Of a stretch of 64,000 bases of DNA, positions 1-12,224 are shown piece by piece. The notes beneath the pieces are model-generated. The model did no database searches. It saw only the letters and a list, made by a program, of their open reading frames with translations, and was not told the origin of the DNA. This DNA comes from Eledone cirrhosa (Eukaryota), in contig OZ024740.1 of assembly GCA_964016885.1 (NCBI GenBank), forward strand, positions 112,344,001-112,408,000. Direction: 5' to 3'. Numbering within the stretch: the first letter of the stretch is position 1; each line of letters begins with the position of its first letter. The position numbers and the translations under genes are program-made.

Positions 1-468
1 CATGTGCTGGGTCTTGAACTCCTTGAACTACAAGGAAGTTCAGGTCACAAGATCGGCAGCAACTTTCCAATACACACTGAATATGCATTTATCACACACA
101 AGCACATACAAATAAAATAATAATAATATTTATTATTCCAGCCTAATATTTGTTTATCAGCTTCTTTCAACTGTGCAAGTAAATTTCCATTCTGAACTTT
201 CTCTATATAAAAGTTATAGTGATGAAATCAACAGTGGTGGGCAGGAATGGCAGGGAGTAAGAGATCACTTCTGTCTCCATAACAACACAGTACCTCCTGT
301 TGCACCCTCATCCCCACCCACTCTGTCAGGAAATGCTTTTCTGTGGAGAGATTCTAAATAGATATGACATAAGTCAGAAAGGTTATACATACATTATACA
401 TACATTGTACATACATAAATACATTATACATATATATATACATACACACACATATATATATATATATG

Positions 469-554
<86 letters not shown>

Positions 555-598
555 CATACATAGATATATATACATACATACATATATATATATATTTA

Positions 599-631
<33 letters not shown>

Positions 632-660
632 TTATATATACATACATATATATATATATT

Positions 661-691
<31 letters not shown>

Positions 692-999
692 TTATATATA
701 CATATATATATATATATATATACATTCATATATATATATATATATGTAGATATATATTTATATATACATACATATATATATACATATATATATATACATA
801 CATTAAACACATATACACATACCACCTCCCCCACCCCCAAATGAAGTCAACAAACCAGGGTGTTTACTGATGTGATGGATATTTTTAAACTAATAGAAAA
901 ACTCTATTCATCAATGTTACCACTGTGGGAGATTACTTTATGTATATATAATAGAAAAAAATGAGGAAGTTTCATTTACATATGAAAAATATTTATTGC

Positions 1000-1098
1000 A
1001 TATCAACCTGTTACGTGTCTTTCGCAGAGGATTGGCTCAATGTGACTCATACGAGTTATGCACCCAACTCCAGTTCAATCTGCTCATCAGGTGATGTG
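1000..1098 (-). ncRNA. Degenerate hammerhead-like motif with long stem II
   Basis: Minus strand reads CTGATGA-GCAGA...TCTGC-GAAA; stems I and III are imperfect and the cleavage triplet is unclear. Confidence 0.4.
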
Positions 1099-1135
1099 AC
1101 AAAAGATATATTTTTGTTGTGGTATGTGGGCTGAG

Positions 1136-1243
<108 letters not shown>

Positions 1244-1342
1244 CATCAGCCCTATTTTGTGTGTGTGGACGTGTGTGTGTATTTTGGTGTAATTGGTGGG
1301 GCAGCAATGTGGGTGTGTACTCACAGATATTTGTGCATGTGT

Positions 1343-1710
1343 ATCATCATCATCATCATCATCATTTTACGTCCGCTTTTCCCTGCTTGCAAGGGTGGGG
1401 CGGGATCTGATTTTGGCTTGATTTCTACAGCTGGATGCCCTTCCTAACACCAACCTCATTTACAGTGAGTGCTAGGTGCTTTCATTCCGTGGCGCCCTCA
1501 CGACCACTTTACAGTGTGGGCTGGGTGCTTTTTTGCCGTGGCACCTCCACGACCACTTTGCAGTGGAATGATAGGGACCCCAGTCCTATCATTTAATTTC
1601 TACAGCTGGGTAAACTGGAGCAATGTGAAATAAAGTGTCTTGCTCAAGGAAACAACACATCACCCGGTAGATTGCAAGGCCAATGCTCTAACCACTAAGC
1701 CATGTACCTC
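1343..1710 (-). mobile_element. tRNA-derived CORE-type SINE (octopus OR-like) with RTE-derived 3' tail
   Basis: Head TGGCTTAGTGGTTAG (A box), central TCCTTGAGCAAGACACTT, tail shared with the RTE 3'UTR ending GGACGTAAAA(TGA)n. Confidence 0.75.
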
Positions 1711-1769
1711 CATGTTTGTGTGTATATATATATATAAATACACACACAAATATATTCACCATCATCATT

Positions 1770-2050
1770 GTAACCACAGTCGAACATTCCTGACAAAGTC
1801 TTTCTACTATTCATGATTATCCGTTGTTCCTGGCAACTGCTCTCAACTGAGGTTTGTTTCATCTGAGAGTTGATCAATGAAGGTTCAAGTAGGTCCTCCA
1901 CTATTGCGTCTCTCGTGACATGGTTCCCACAATAGTAGCCTGTGTATAACTTCCTGCTTACTTCTCCAGCAATGTCCTGCAAATGATATCTGTATTTGAG
2001 CAATTGTAGTCATTATCTTGGGCAATTTTCCGTATATCCTTTGTTTGTTA
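1770..2050 (-). mobile_element. Degenerate RTE-X-like LINE C-terminal fragment
   Basis: An alternative minus frame gives GHCWRSKQEVIHRLLLWEPCH...TFIDQL with stops, typical of the RTEX ORF2 end. Confidence 0.6.
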
Positions 2051-2749
2051 TATGTTAGTGCCAGTTTATGTTTTGTACAACCCTAAGCATTTTTGTTGAA
2101 TCACCAAGTCTGATGAGCAGATAAATGTGACTATCCCTCAAAATTCTTCATTAATTAAGTAAAATTGAATGTTTTTCATTAGAAATATGGTCATAAAAGG
2201 GTTAATCTATCAACACCACCAACTGGGTCTTGGGCGAGGAGGTAGGATCTTTAGCACAGTTCTGTTAATTTTCAAACATAATTTTTCTATAAGAACCATA
2301 TGTTAATTTACTATCTTTCTTATGTAATAATTAATCCTTTTAGTAAATCCCTAAGCATTGTTCATTAATAAATTACAATCGAGAATATTTCATGAGAAAT
2401 ATGGTTATGAAAAGTTTGTCTCCCTCTATCTATGGCTCTCTTAATCATGAAGGTGGAACTTCACTTTTGTCAGTCAAGTCCACTGGATCAGTCATGATTA
2501 TAGTTAAAAGGAACGAGAGGAAGTTTTATGTTATCACTGAACGTGCTAGAAATAGTAGTCAGGGCTTTCACTCTCTTATAAATTGTCCACCACTTCCCGT
2601 TCTCTCATAATATTCCTACCCAATATTTCCTTCCCTTATAAACCTTTACTAAATTCATTCTCTTCCTCCTCCCTTCTAAATTCCCTTAACTGTCCCTTTT
2701 GCAGTATCTACGCCTTTCCCTCTTTCTCTTATTACTACACATCTATATA

Positions 2750-2813
2750 CACACAGATGACAACACCAATGACAGCACTAACACCACCAACAACACCATA
2801 AGGACACACACAC

Positions 2814-2846
<33 letters not shown>

Positions 2847-2990
2847 TACAGAAGACAATACTGCCAAAGACAGCACTAACAACACCACCAATAACAACAA
2901 CAAAGAATATACACATACATATATTCATACACATACATACAGACACACACAGCCAACGACAGCACTAACAACAACAACAAAACACACACA
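2750..2990. repeat. Degenerate CAA/CAC-rich minisatellite, related to 4700-5120
   Basis: Recurrent ACAATACTACCAATGACAGCACTAACACCACC-like units separated by (CA)n. Confidence 0.6.
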
Positions 2991-3164
2991 TACACACATA
3001 TATATATATACATATATATATATATATTAGAAAGTGAGGTTTTTTTTACAAAATGAAAAATAACCGAGGTGTCCTACACGAGTGAAAGTATAAGGAAAAA
3101 AAGATGAAATCGAAAATGCAACTGGAGTCTTATTTTAAAAAAAATATATATATTTATTTGGTTC

Positions 3165-3200
3165 CTTTACCGGTTTCGCAGTTCTTCTGCTTTTCAAAAG
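3165..3200 (-). ncRNA. Minimal type I hammerhead, U3-A8 core variant (mirror copy)
   Basis: Exact reverse complement of 3275-3310. Confidence 0.6.
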
Positions 3201-3274
3201 TAGAGTTGAGATGGAGGGTCTGTGGTTTTTCTCACAGATGTGAGAAAAACCACAGACCCTCCATCTCAACTCTA

Positions 3275-3310
3275 CTTTTGAAAAGCAGAAGAACTGCGAA
3301 ACCGGTAAAG
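3275..3310 (+). ncRNA. Minimal type I hammerhead, U3-A8 core variant
   Basis: CTT-TTGAAAA-GCAG aagaa CTGC-GAAA-CCGG-TA-AAG. Confidence 0.6.
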
Positions 3311-3403
3311 GAACCAAATAAATATATATATTTTTTTTTAAATAAGACTCCAGTTGCATTTTCGATTTCATCTTTTTTTCTTTATATATATATATATACA
3401 TAT

Positions 3404-4670
3404 ATGGCCTAGAATTAAAAGGCCTTAAAATTAACCTGTCTAAGACTAAAGTTCTAGTTTGTGGGAAGGAAAATAGGGCACCGGTCCCATCTGGGAAATG
3501 GCCATGCTCAGTGTGTAGGAAAAGAGTAGGTAGAAACTCCATTTTATGTCCCAAATGCAAAGTATGGGTGCATAAAAGATGTAGTGGGGTCACAGGTAAG
3601 CTAACTAAGAACATAGATTTTATATGTGGCCGGTGCTCTGGTGCAATAAGTAGCAGCAAGTGCCCACAGAATACTAGCTCATTCCATTGCACAGATGGTT
3701 CTATAGAAATAGTGGACACCTTCCGTTACTTGGGTGACAAAATCAGCAGTGGTGGAGGGTGCTCTGAAAGTACAGTAGCTAGAGTCAGAACTGGATGGAA
3801 AAAGTTCCGAGAGCTTATACCACTATTAGCCGCTAAAGGGTTCTCTCTAAAAATGAAAGGCAGGCTGTATGATGCCTGCATACGAACAGCAATGTTACAT
3901 GGCAGTGAGACCTGGGCATTGTGTGCAGAGGATATACGCAGATTGGAGAGGAACGAAGCTTGCATGCTCCGCTGGATGTGTAATAGTAATATACGTGAAC
4001 GGCAAAGCATAAACGAACTAAGGGAGAAATTAGAAATAAGAGGGATCAGATGTTGTTTACTCGAGAGAAGACTACGTTGGTATAGTCATGTGATGCGCAT
4101 GAAAGACGACAGCTGTATAAAAAAGTGCAGGGCAATAAAAATAGACGGTAGCCACGGAGTAGGCAGACCCAGAAAAACCTGGGACGACTTGATAAATTCC
4201 GACCTCACACACTTACACCTCTCCAAGACAATGTCACTGGACTGAGATCTTTGGCGCTACACAGTAATACAGAAGACCCGCCTTGCCTAAGTACAAAGTG
4301 AAACCTACAACAGTCAGTAGGCACCTCTAACAAAAATACAACCCGTCCCACTACCCCACCCCATCCACACCACCCCCTGAATTGTGAAGTTATGTTGGTA
4401 CCACAACATCCAGTCCGGAACAAATTAGGTCGTGTAGGTCTCACGACAAAAAAACACAGTCCACACTGTAATGTGGCCGTGTAGGTAACACGGTAAAAAC
4501 CTCCCAGTCCACACTGTAAATGTGGTTGGTGTTAGGAAGGGCATCCAGCCGTAGAAAACCCGCCAGACAGTCCTGAACAAGACAACCACTCTTGCCTCAA
4601 GTGTGAAAACTCCCGTCCAAACCCATGCAAGCGTGGAAGATGGACGTTAAACGATGATGATGATGATGAT
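3404..4670 (+). mobile_element. RTE-clade LINE family A, 5'-truncated
   Basis: ORF 3511-4245 nearly matches the C-terminus of 46174-48708 (SETW, RLRWYSHVMR, GRPRKTW); 3'UTR ends in (GAT)n. Confidence 0.95.
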
Positions 4671-4699
4671 ATATATATATATATACACACACACGCACA

Positions 4700-5120
4700 C
4701 ACCAGAAGACAATACTACCAATGACAGCACTAACACCACCACCACAAAGATTAACAACAATAAAAGAACACACACACATTCATACTCACATATACACACA
4801 CACATTCATACTCACATATACACACACACACATTCATACTCACATATACAGACACACAGAAGACTACCACCAATAACATCACTAAAACCACCACCACCAC
4901 CAACAATAACAACAACAATAGAACACACACATACTCACACACATACATACATACACACATACATACATACACACACGACAATACCACCAATAACAGCACT
5001 AACAACAACAATATCAAGAACAAAATAACACACACACTCACATACATACACACACCAACACATACACAAGACAATACCACCAATAACAACAATATCAACA
5101 ATAAAAGAACACACACATAT
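4700..5120. repeat. CAA/CAC-rich minisatellite
   Basis: Repeated ACAATACCACCAATAACAGCACTAAC-like units with (CA)n spacers. Confidence 0.6.
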
Positions 5121-5402
5121 ATAGTGATGTACCATCATAGTGAGCGTCCAAGCGTAACAGCTCTGTATGTGCTCCCAGTGCTGTTGAACATCACTTTTGC
5201 AAAGGTTGGTCAGTTGTGCAATTAATTCTAATGCCAGGAGACAGGAATGGTTGCCTATTATCATTATCACCATTCATCATAATGTTCATGGCTTAGAGAA
5301 GTTTTTAAATTTAAACATGGTCACTTGGAAGTGTCATCACACATTAATATACATCTACACACACACATACACATACATACATATATATATATTTATATAT
5401 AT

Positions 5403-5488
<86 letters not shown>

Positions 5489-5492
<4 letters not shown>

Positions 5493-5819
5493 TCATCATC
5501 ATCATCATTTTACGTCCGCTTTTTCCCTGCTTGCAAGGGTGGGACGGGAACTGATTCTGGCTTGATTTCTACAGCTGGATGCCCTTCCTAACACCAACCT
5601 CATTTACAGTGAGTGCTGGGTGCTTTTTTCTGTGGCACCTGCACGACCACTTTGCAGTGGAATGATATGGACCCCAGTCCCTATCATCTCATTTCTACAG
5701 CTGAGTAAACTGGAGCAATGTGAAATAAAGTGTCTTGCTCAAGGAAACAACACATCACCCGGTCTGAGAATTGAACTCAACCTTTCGATTGCAAGACCAA
5801 TGCTCTAACCACTAAGCCA
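5489..5819 (-). mobile_element. CORE-type SINE with RTE tail
   Basis: Close copy of 1343-1710 and 38189-38490. Confidence 0.8.
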
Positions 5820-6082
5820 TTTTATATATACACACACACACACACACACATCTATGATGATGATGAGATATATATATTGTGTGTGTGTATATATATATAT
5901 AAACAGTGGCATGTGTACACATGTATACTCACACACACACATAGTGACAAATGTATGTAAACACAAATAGACATATATGAATACAAATATATATACACAC
6001 ACAAACACACTTATGAATAATGTAAACCTTATAAATACATTTAACTATCTACCTATCTATCAATTAATATATTCATTCTATC

Positions 6083-6158
<76 letters not shown>

Positions 6159-6659
6159 GTGTGTATATATGTGTGTGTGTGTGTCTTTGTGTGTATGTCT
6201 ATTTAGTTATTTGTGTTTCTATGTATAATTATCTATTATACTTTTCTTCCCCTCTCTCGATGTATGTATGTTTGCATGTGTGTGTGTATATATGATATAT
6301 ATATACACACATTCTGTCTTTACATATACAAGATATATATATATTGATCTAAATATTGATTAATCTGTTAGTTCATCTGTCTGCTTCATATGCCTGCAAT
6401 TATTGATCTATAGCCTTATCAATCCATTGATCTCTTGCCCTTTATACTCCCTTTCCTCTCCCCAACACACATATAAACACTCTCACATATAATATATGCA
6501 TTCCATTCTCATCTATGTCTGCAGTTATATGAGTAAATACATGCATAAAGGTCAACTAATTTTTCTTGCTTTCTCTTTCTATATATATGTATATTTGTGT
6601 GTGTGCATGCAGATTCCTTCAAATATTCCAGAAGGTCCCTAGAAATAATTGATAAGCTT

Positions 6660-7055
6660 CCATTTCCCATTATCTTCATCTTATTTGCCCACTTATTCCT
6701 GGGGTGGTTGTGCAGGCAGAGCCTTCGAGTACACCTTCCAGTGGATCCTGTCAGAAGCAACTGTCTCCAATTGATCTGGCTGGGTCCCCAAGTGAGACCA
6801 GCTGAGCTCATGGATGTTATCCAACCATTTTTCTCATGGTCTGTCCCTGTGTCTTATGCTGGTTGGTTTTGCTATGAAATCTCTTCAGTGATTCTTTCCT
6901 TAGACATTCTGAATCACATGTCCGTAGTATCAGAGCTGTCATATTTCAATTTAAGGAAGTAGCTCCTCTACTTGAAGCAATTCCCTGATCTCTGAGCTAC
7001 ACATTCTACTGAGAAACGTTAGTCCAAAGACCCTTCAGAACAACCCCATTTCCTC
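6660..7055 (-). mobile_element. RTE family B 3' fragment, degenerate
   Basis: Homologous to 29670-29870 (CAATTGGA.ACAGTTGCTTCTGACAGGA) and to 57810-57980. Confidence 0.7.
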
Positions 7056-7069
7056 GGTGACTTCATTAA

Positions 7070-7260
7070 CAGTGGAGATTAGTGTTCTGAACTCATGGTT
7101 GCCAGAGTAAGAAAGATCTACAAAACGTTAAAAGGACTATCACCTCTACTGGCAATAATTTATCAGATGGTTGTGTATGAAGTGTGATGCAGGATGGTAG
7201 CAAGACACGGGCCTTCAGTGCAGATAAATAAGGCAAAAGCTGGAAAGAAATGAAGTGAAC
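7070..7260 (+). mobile_element. Old RTE family A-like fragment
   Basis: Degenerate match to the SGGGCSESTVARVR...ETWAL...LERNE coding region. Confidence 0.5.
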
Positions 7261-7518
7261 TTTATTATTCATTCATTGGATGAATATCAAGATTTGGTGC
7301 CAGTCATTGTTGAGACCTCTGTATTTAATACTGGGAGGAGTGCATCCCTGTTGAGGAAGGAGCTCCATGTGTTGGAGTACCTAATGCAGAAGGTGTCCCA
7401 GACTGTTCTCCATGGCAATACTTTTACCGATTTATCTACAACACACATATACACGCACACACACACGCACACACACACGCGCATACACACACACATATAC
7501 ATATACATATATAGAATA

Positions 7519-7705
7519 ATAATTGTTTCTACTTTTTGGCACAAGGCCAGCAATTATCCCAGTGTATTACTGGTACTTTATTTATCGACCCCCGTAAGGG
7601 TGAAAGGCAAAGTTAACCTCAGCGAGATTTAAACTCAGAACGTAAAAGGCCATAACTCTATGCTGCAAAGCATGGCGGCTGACCCTCTATCGATACTGCC
7701 AATCC
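7519..7705 (-). mobile_element. tRNA-derived SINE with Nin/Deu-like core
   Basis: A box TGGCAGTATCG, B-box-like GAGTTTAAATC, core GCCTTTCA.CCTTACGGGGGTCGATAAA.AAAGTACCAG, (ATT)n tail. Confidence 0.8.
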
Positions 7706-7879
7706 AATGAGCAGAAACGAGGTGTCAAAGTATCATCATTATGTTTATTCAGGTGTGACATGCATTTCGCGATTGATCAGCTCAAGGTATAATCCGTATC
7801 GATCAGGCCCGACTCTGGAATCAATAGCATCAGAGTCATGCTTGCCTTAATGACGGGGGATATATATATATACAGTTCC

Positions 7880-8250
7880 CTAGATCTACCTCCCCACACA
7901 ACTCCTCCACCCCAGCCCACAGTCCACACTGTAAAGTGGTCACATTGGTGTCATGTCATGACAAAAAGCGCCCTGTCCACATTGTAAAGGGGTCATTTTG
8001 GTGTCATGACAAAAAGCGCCCTGTCCACACTGTAAAGGGGTCATATTGGTGTCATGACAAAAAGTGCCCAGTTCATGCTGTAAATGTAGTTGGCGTTAGG
8101 AAGGGCATCCAGCCATAGAAACTAAGCCAGAAATAGTTCTGTGTGAACAAGACACAGTCATCTCATTTGACTTGTCTCACAATTAGACAACTTGTCTGAT
8201 CCATGCTAGTGTAGGGAAATGGACTTTAAACAAAGATAATGATGATAATG
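7880..8250 (+). mobile_element. RTE-3'UTR-like element with internal ~48-bp triplication
   Basis: GTCCACACTGTAAAG...GACAAAAAGCGCCCT units at 7922, 7975 and 8023, followed by AGGAAGGGCATCCAGCC and a (GAT)n-like end. Confidence 0.6.
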
Positions 8251-8403
8251 TTACACACCAGACTGAGATATATTCCCCAGACCTGGATCTAACATTTGCT
8301 CTTCTTTCCATTTACTTTCATTGTTTATTTCTTTTCTTTTTCCTTTTCTTTTTATTTTATTTTTATTATAAATATTATATAATTATAATTTAATTAATAT
8401 ACA

Positions 8404-8475
<72 letters not shown>

Positions 8476-8699
8476 TACACACACACACACATGTATAAAA
8501 TCTTTTCCTGGGTCCTGTATTTTCGTTGCTCTAGTGATGCGGCTGGACTGCCGACAGCTATATCTGATTTGCTAAGCTGTCTGAATGTATTGTTATTGCT
8601 CTGGGGTTCTTTTCCCCATCTCAGTGCTAAAGCTACAGACCAATTCTGCATATACGTTAGCATGGCCTTGTTCTAAAGCTTCGTTAATGCTGTACTAAA

Positions 8700-8736
<37 letters not shown>

Positions 8737-8739
<3 letters not shown>

Positions 8740-8836
8740 GATGTCCCCAGAGAATGTATACACACTTTGTACCTGCACAGGCAATATTTATTAGAATGTT
8801 GTTGAAATGTGTATACATTTTTGGGGGTAAACCCTG
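8737..8836. mobile_element. Tc1/mariner-type MITE
   Basis: Imperfect TIRs CAGGATGTCCCCAGAGAATGTATACACA and TGTGTATACATTTTTGGGGGTAAACCCTG within TA-rich sequence. Confidence 0.55.
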
Positions 8837-8895
8837 AATATATATGTGTATATAATATATATATACATTATATACATGTATATACATTTATATAC

Positions 8896-8959
<64 letters not shown>

Positions 8960-8971
8960 TATCTATTTATA

Positions 8972-9243
8972 TGCTTTCCAGCATAGTTACGTCCCTTTAC
9001 GGTCTGAGTTCAAATCCCGCCGATGTTCACTCTGCCTTTCATCCTTACGGGGTCAATAAAATAAAGTACCAGTAATGTACTGGGTATTTGCTGGCCTTGT
9101 GCCAAAAAAGTAGGAACAATTATATTTATATACATTATCTACATATATTTATATACATTTTATATATATATATATATAATTGTTTCTACTTTTGGCACAA
9201 GGCCAGCAATTATTCCAGTGTATTACTGGTACTTTATTTTATC
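8972..9243. mobile_element. Two partial Nin-type SINEs (8972-9122 plus; 9179-9243 minus)
   Basis: Match to the SINE core and tail. Confidence 0.7.
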
Positions 9244-9442
9244 GCATTATATATATATATATTTCATCGCATTATATATATATATATATAATGCGATGAA
9301 ATACCAATGGTGGTTGGCAAATCACTGATGAGGGAGTAATTTTATAATATGTAACCCATGTGCAACCACGCAGTATTCCTCTTTCTTCCCATGTTTTTCA
9401 TATATATATATATATATACACACACATCATATATTTATATAC

Positions 9443-9479
<37 letters not shown>

Positions 9480-9496
9480 CATATATTTATATACAT

Positions 9497-9527
<31 letters not shown>

Positions 9528-9542
9528 CATATATTTATATAC

Positions 9543-9620
<78 letters not shown>

Positions 9621-9661
9621 TTCAAAATATTAACAAAAATAGACATTCGTGTGATCAAGTA

Positions 9662-9728
9662 TATTTTATTATACATATTTCAGAGGTACTGAGCTATCTT
9701 CAACAGTACGTCCTCATCAGATAAAATA
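9662..9728 (-). ncRNA. Type I hammerhead ribozyme, canonical core
   Basis: TATTTTAT-CTGATGA-GGACGTACTG...CAGTACCTCT-GAAA-TATGTA-TA-ATAAAATA with an 8-bp stem I. Confidence 0.75.
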
Positions 9729-10466
9729 AGATGATGCATGACATACCCTGACATAGTAGATGGTTAAGATTCAGTCATGGTAGTGAATATGATGTGACAA
9801 GACTCAATATTTATATACCTTAAGATTGAGACATGAAAAAACTTACATATAATACAGAGGGTGCGTGTGAGAAAGCTTAAAAAATATATAATAGCAATTT
9901 ACATAACTGTTAGAGATTCAAATAATTTAAATTATTGAAGAAAGAAGAAAGAAGAAAGACAGGAAAAATATAGTTACTAGAAGTATAGAAAGCAAAAGAG
10001 AATTGATCAAGGATAGAGCGATAAAGGGGAATCATTATTAAAGCATAAATAAAATACATGAATACACATTTGGGCATAGCTTTATGAAAGAGTAAACTCG
10101 AATCATTGAATTATCTAGAAGTATCCATCTATCTAAATATTAAATATATCTGGGTGTAACTATATGAGGGTTTAATTTCGAGTCCTCAATTAATAAGAAA
10201 TATACTAACAATTATTTATACACCATATATATCCAAACCTATCCGGCTGACCGTTAAATTTTAAATTCTTTATGTTAGTTCAGAATAATGGATTAAAACT
10301 AAAGGTATAATATTTCAGGCTATAAAAGTTTATAACAGTCTATATTAATATATACTAACATATTTAATTTATGAAATCATATTTAAAGTATTTTCAAACA
10401 TGAGAAAGAAACTTAGTATTTTCATCCACACGAAGGTAAACCATATTAAATTATATTATCTTATAT

Positions 10467-10638
10467 TCGGTAGAGTCGGACACCATGCTTTGAAGCATAG
10501 AGTTACGTCCCTTTATGATCTGAGTTCAAATCCCGCCGAGGTTAACTTTGCCTTTCATCCTTACGGGGTCGATAAAATAAAGTACCAGTAATGTACTGGG
10601 TAATTGCTGGCCTTGTGCCTAAAATAGAAACAATTATT
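10467..10638 (+). mobile_element. Nin-type SINE nested in the PLE 3' region
   Basis: B box GAGTTCAAATCC, core and tail present. Confidence 0.8.
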
Positions 10639-12224
10639 TTCCCATACTAAAATAATTCTCACTATATAATTTAGAAAATAATTACAGTTATAACTTTAAA
10701 AATTTTAAATTAACAATTAGAATGCCCTAAAGCATCTAAAGGCCTTATAATTAAACTTAAAAAAGTTATTATTAAATTTGATATATGCATTTGTCCAAAT
10801 ATATACAAAGAGTATATTGTCTAAAGTTATTTAGTCAGTTATACATAACACAATATAATACAATAGAATAAATAAGTTACTGTTAATATTGTTACAATTA
10901 AGGTTTTAGATCAATTATTGTATCTTAGGATCATGTAATGCATATATACTATAAGAAAATTCCATGAATTATAAGGAAACGAACCAGATTCAAAATAAAT
11001 AAGTAAATTGTTTGCGATCATACAAGTGCCAAATATTTAAGCTATATAATTTAAAATACAAGAAAATTTTTAAGGATCTATATAGTACTATAATATCATA
11101 TTTAAAGTGTCTGCAAACATGAGAAAGAGAAAACTTAAGATTTTCATCGACCCGAATGTAAACCGAATTTAATTAAATTAAAAAATAATAATCGTTATAT
11201 AATTTAGAAAATATCTAACAATTATAACACTAGAATGTCCTTAAGTATCTAGAGTACTTATAAATGTAGCTAGAAGCCTGTTATTAAACCAGATATTCAC
11301 ACTTGTCCAAAAACATACAGAGTATTCTGTTCGGAACTCAAGACGATATTAGTGATCCATATACATATAATAAATGAATAATAAAAACATTGTTAGTAAA
11401 GTTATAATTGAAGTTTAACATCAAGTTAAGTGGAAAAGGTTTGTCGACTAGGATCGTGTACGACGCATATACCATACATATATATAAACAAATATGAATA
11501 TATAAATCAAACATCTTGAATCTTAAAACTAACATACTCCGAAAGAATAAATACATAAAAGCATGAATTGTTTACGGTTCATTACAACTGTCAATATATT
11601 TAAAAAATATAAGAATCCCAAACAAATTAAATGTATCTACACAATCAAAAAATATGCATATTCATCAAGAGATCGTGTTAACAATCCATATGTTAATATA
11701 TTTATATATAGAACCCTGAATCTAACAATTATCATATCATAAATGAGTAAAAATTAATATAACATTTTACGCACTCAATTGATACGAGACGTCAAAATTT
11801 AGAACGTATTTATTTAGTGTTTTTTCCTGACTTTTTGCGAGGCTTGGAATGTAAAGGAAGCTTTATGAAGGCAATTTGAGAATAATTCACTTTTTTTGTT
11901 AATTAAATTATCATAATTAGTAATTATTAATAGGGTCTCCATGGTACAGAGATTGCAGTTAGGTGATATTGACGAATTCGAGTATATTCGACTATTACAC
12001 AGCTTCGACCAAGAAATCAAGTATTTTAAATTTTTGTCTTTTAACGACCATATAAGTTGTGATAAAGAAGTTGAAGATTTCCTATTAGGATTCGAAAAAG
12101 AGCATTTATGATTCGCAAATCTTAATTTAAATGTCGATGAAGTTACACCAATGTAGTTGTATGTGATGTTATTTGCTTTTACGGTGCATTTATAGACCAG
12201 ATTGCTATCCAGACAATTATTTTC

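Larger units (their letters stand above)
3027..3386 (-). mobile_element. PLE-type pseudo-LTR fragment with 5' inversion forming a palindrome
   Basis: 3027-3236 is the reverse complement of 26670-26880; arms 3095-3236 and 3239-3380 are almost perfectly inverted; both sides abut (TA)n. Confidence 0.7.
9618..12220 (-). mobile_element. 5'-truncated Penelope-like element (Hydra-clade-like): GIY-YIG endonuclease, long 3' region, hammerhead
   Basis: Minus frame 12220-11814 reads NCLDSNLVYKCTVK...YIGVTSSTFKLRFANHK...LIWSLK...CNLCTME...CLH; hammerhead at 9662-9728; ends in (TA)n. Confidence 0.8.

Noticed and set aside
354-870. Many long YI/IY, HT and CV-rich ORFs across the window
   Set aside because: They are translations of (TA)n, (CA)n and (TATG)n microsatellites, which lack stop codons.
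1695-2003. 102-aa minus ORF as a host exon
   Set aside because: Another frame of the same DNA matches a decayed RTEX-like LINE C-terminus.
2105-2150. CTGATGAG...CTC-AAAA hammerhead
   Set aside because: GAAA is absent and stems I and III are not recoverable; at best a fossil.
9322-9375. CTGATGAGGG...CCC hammerhead
   Set aside because: No GAAA follows stem II.
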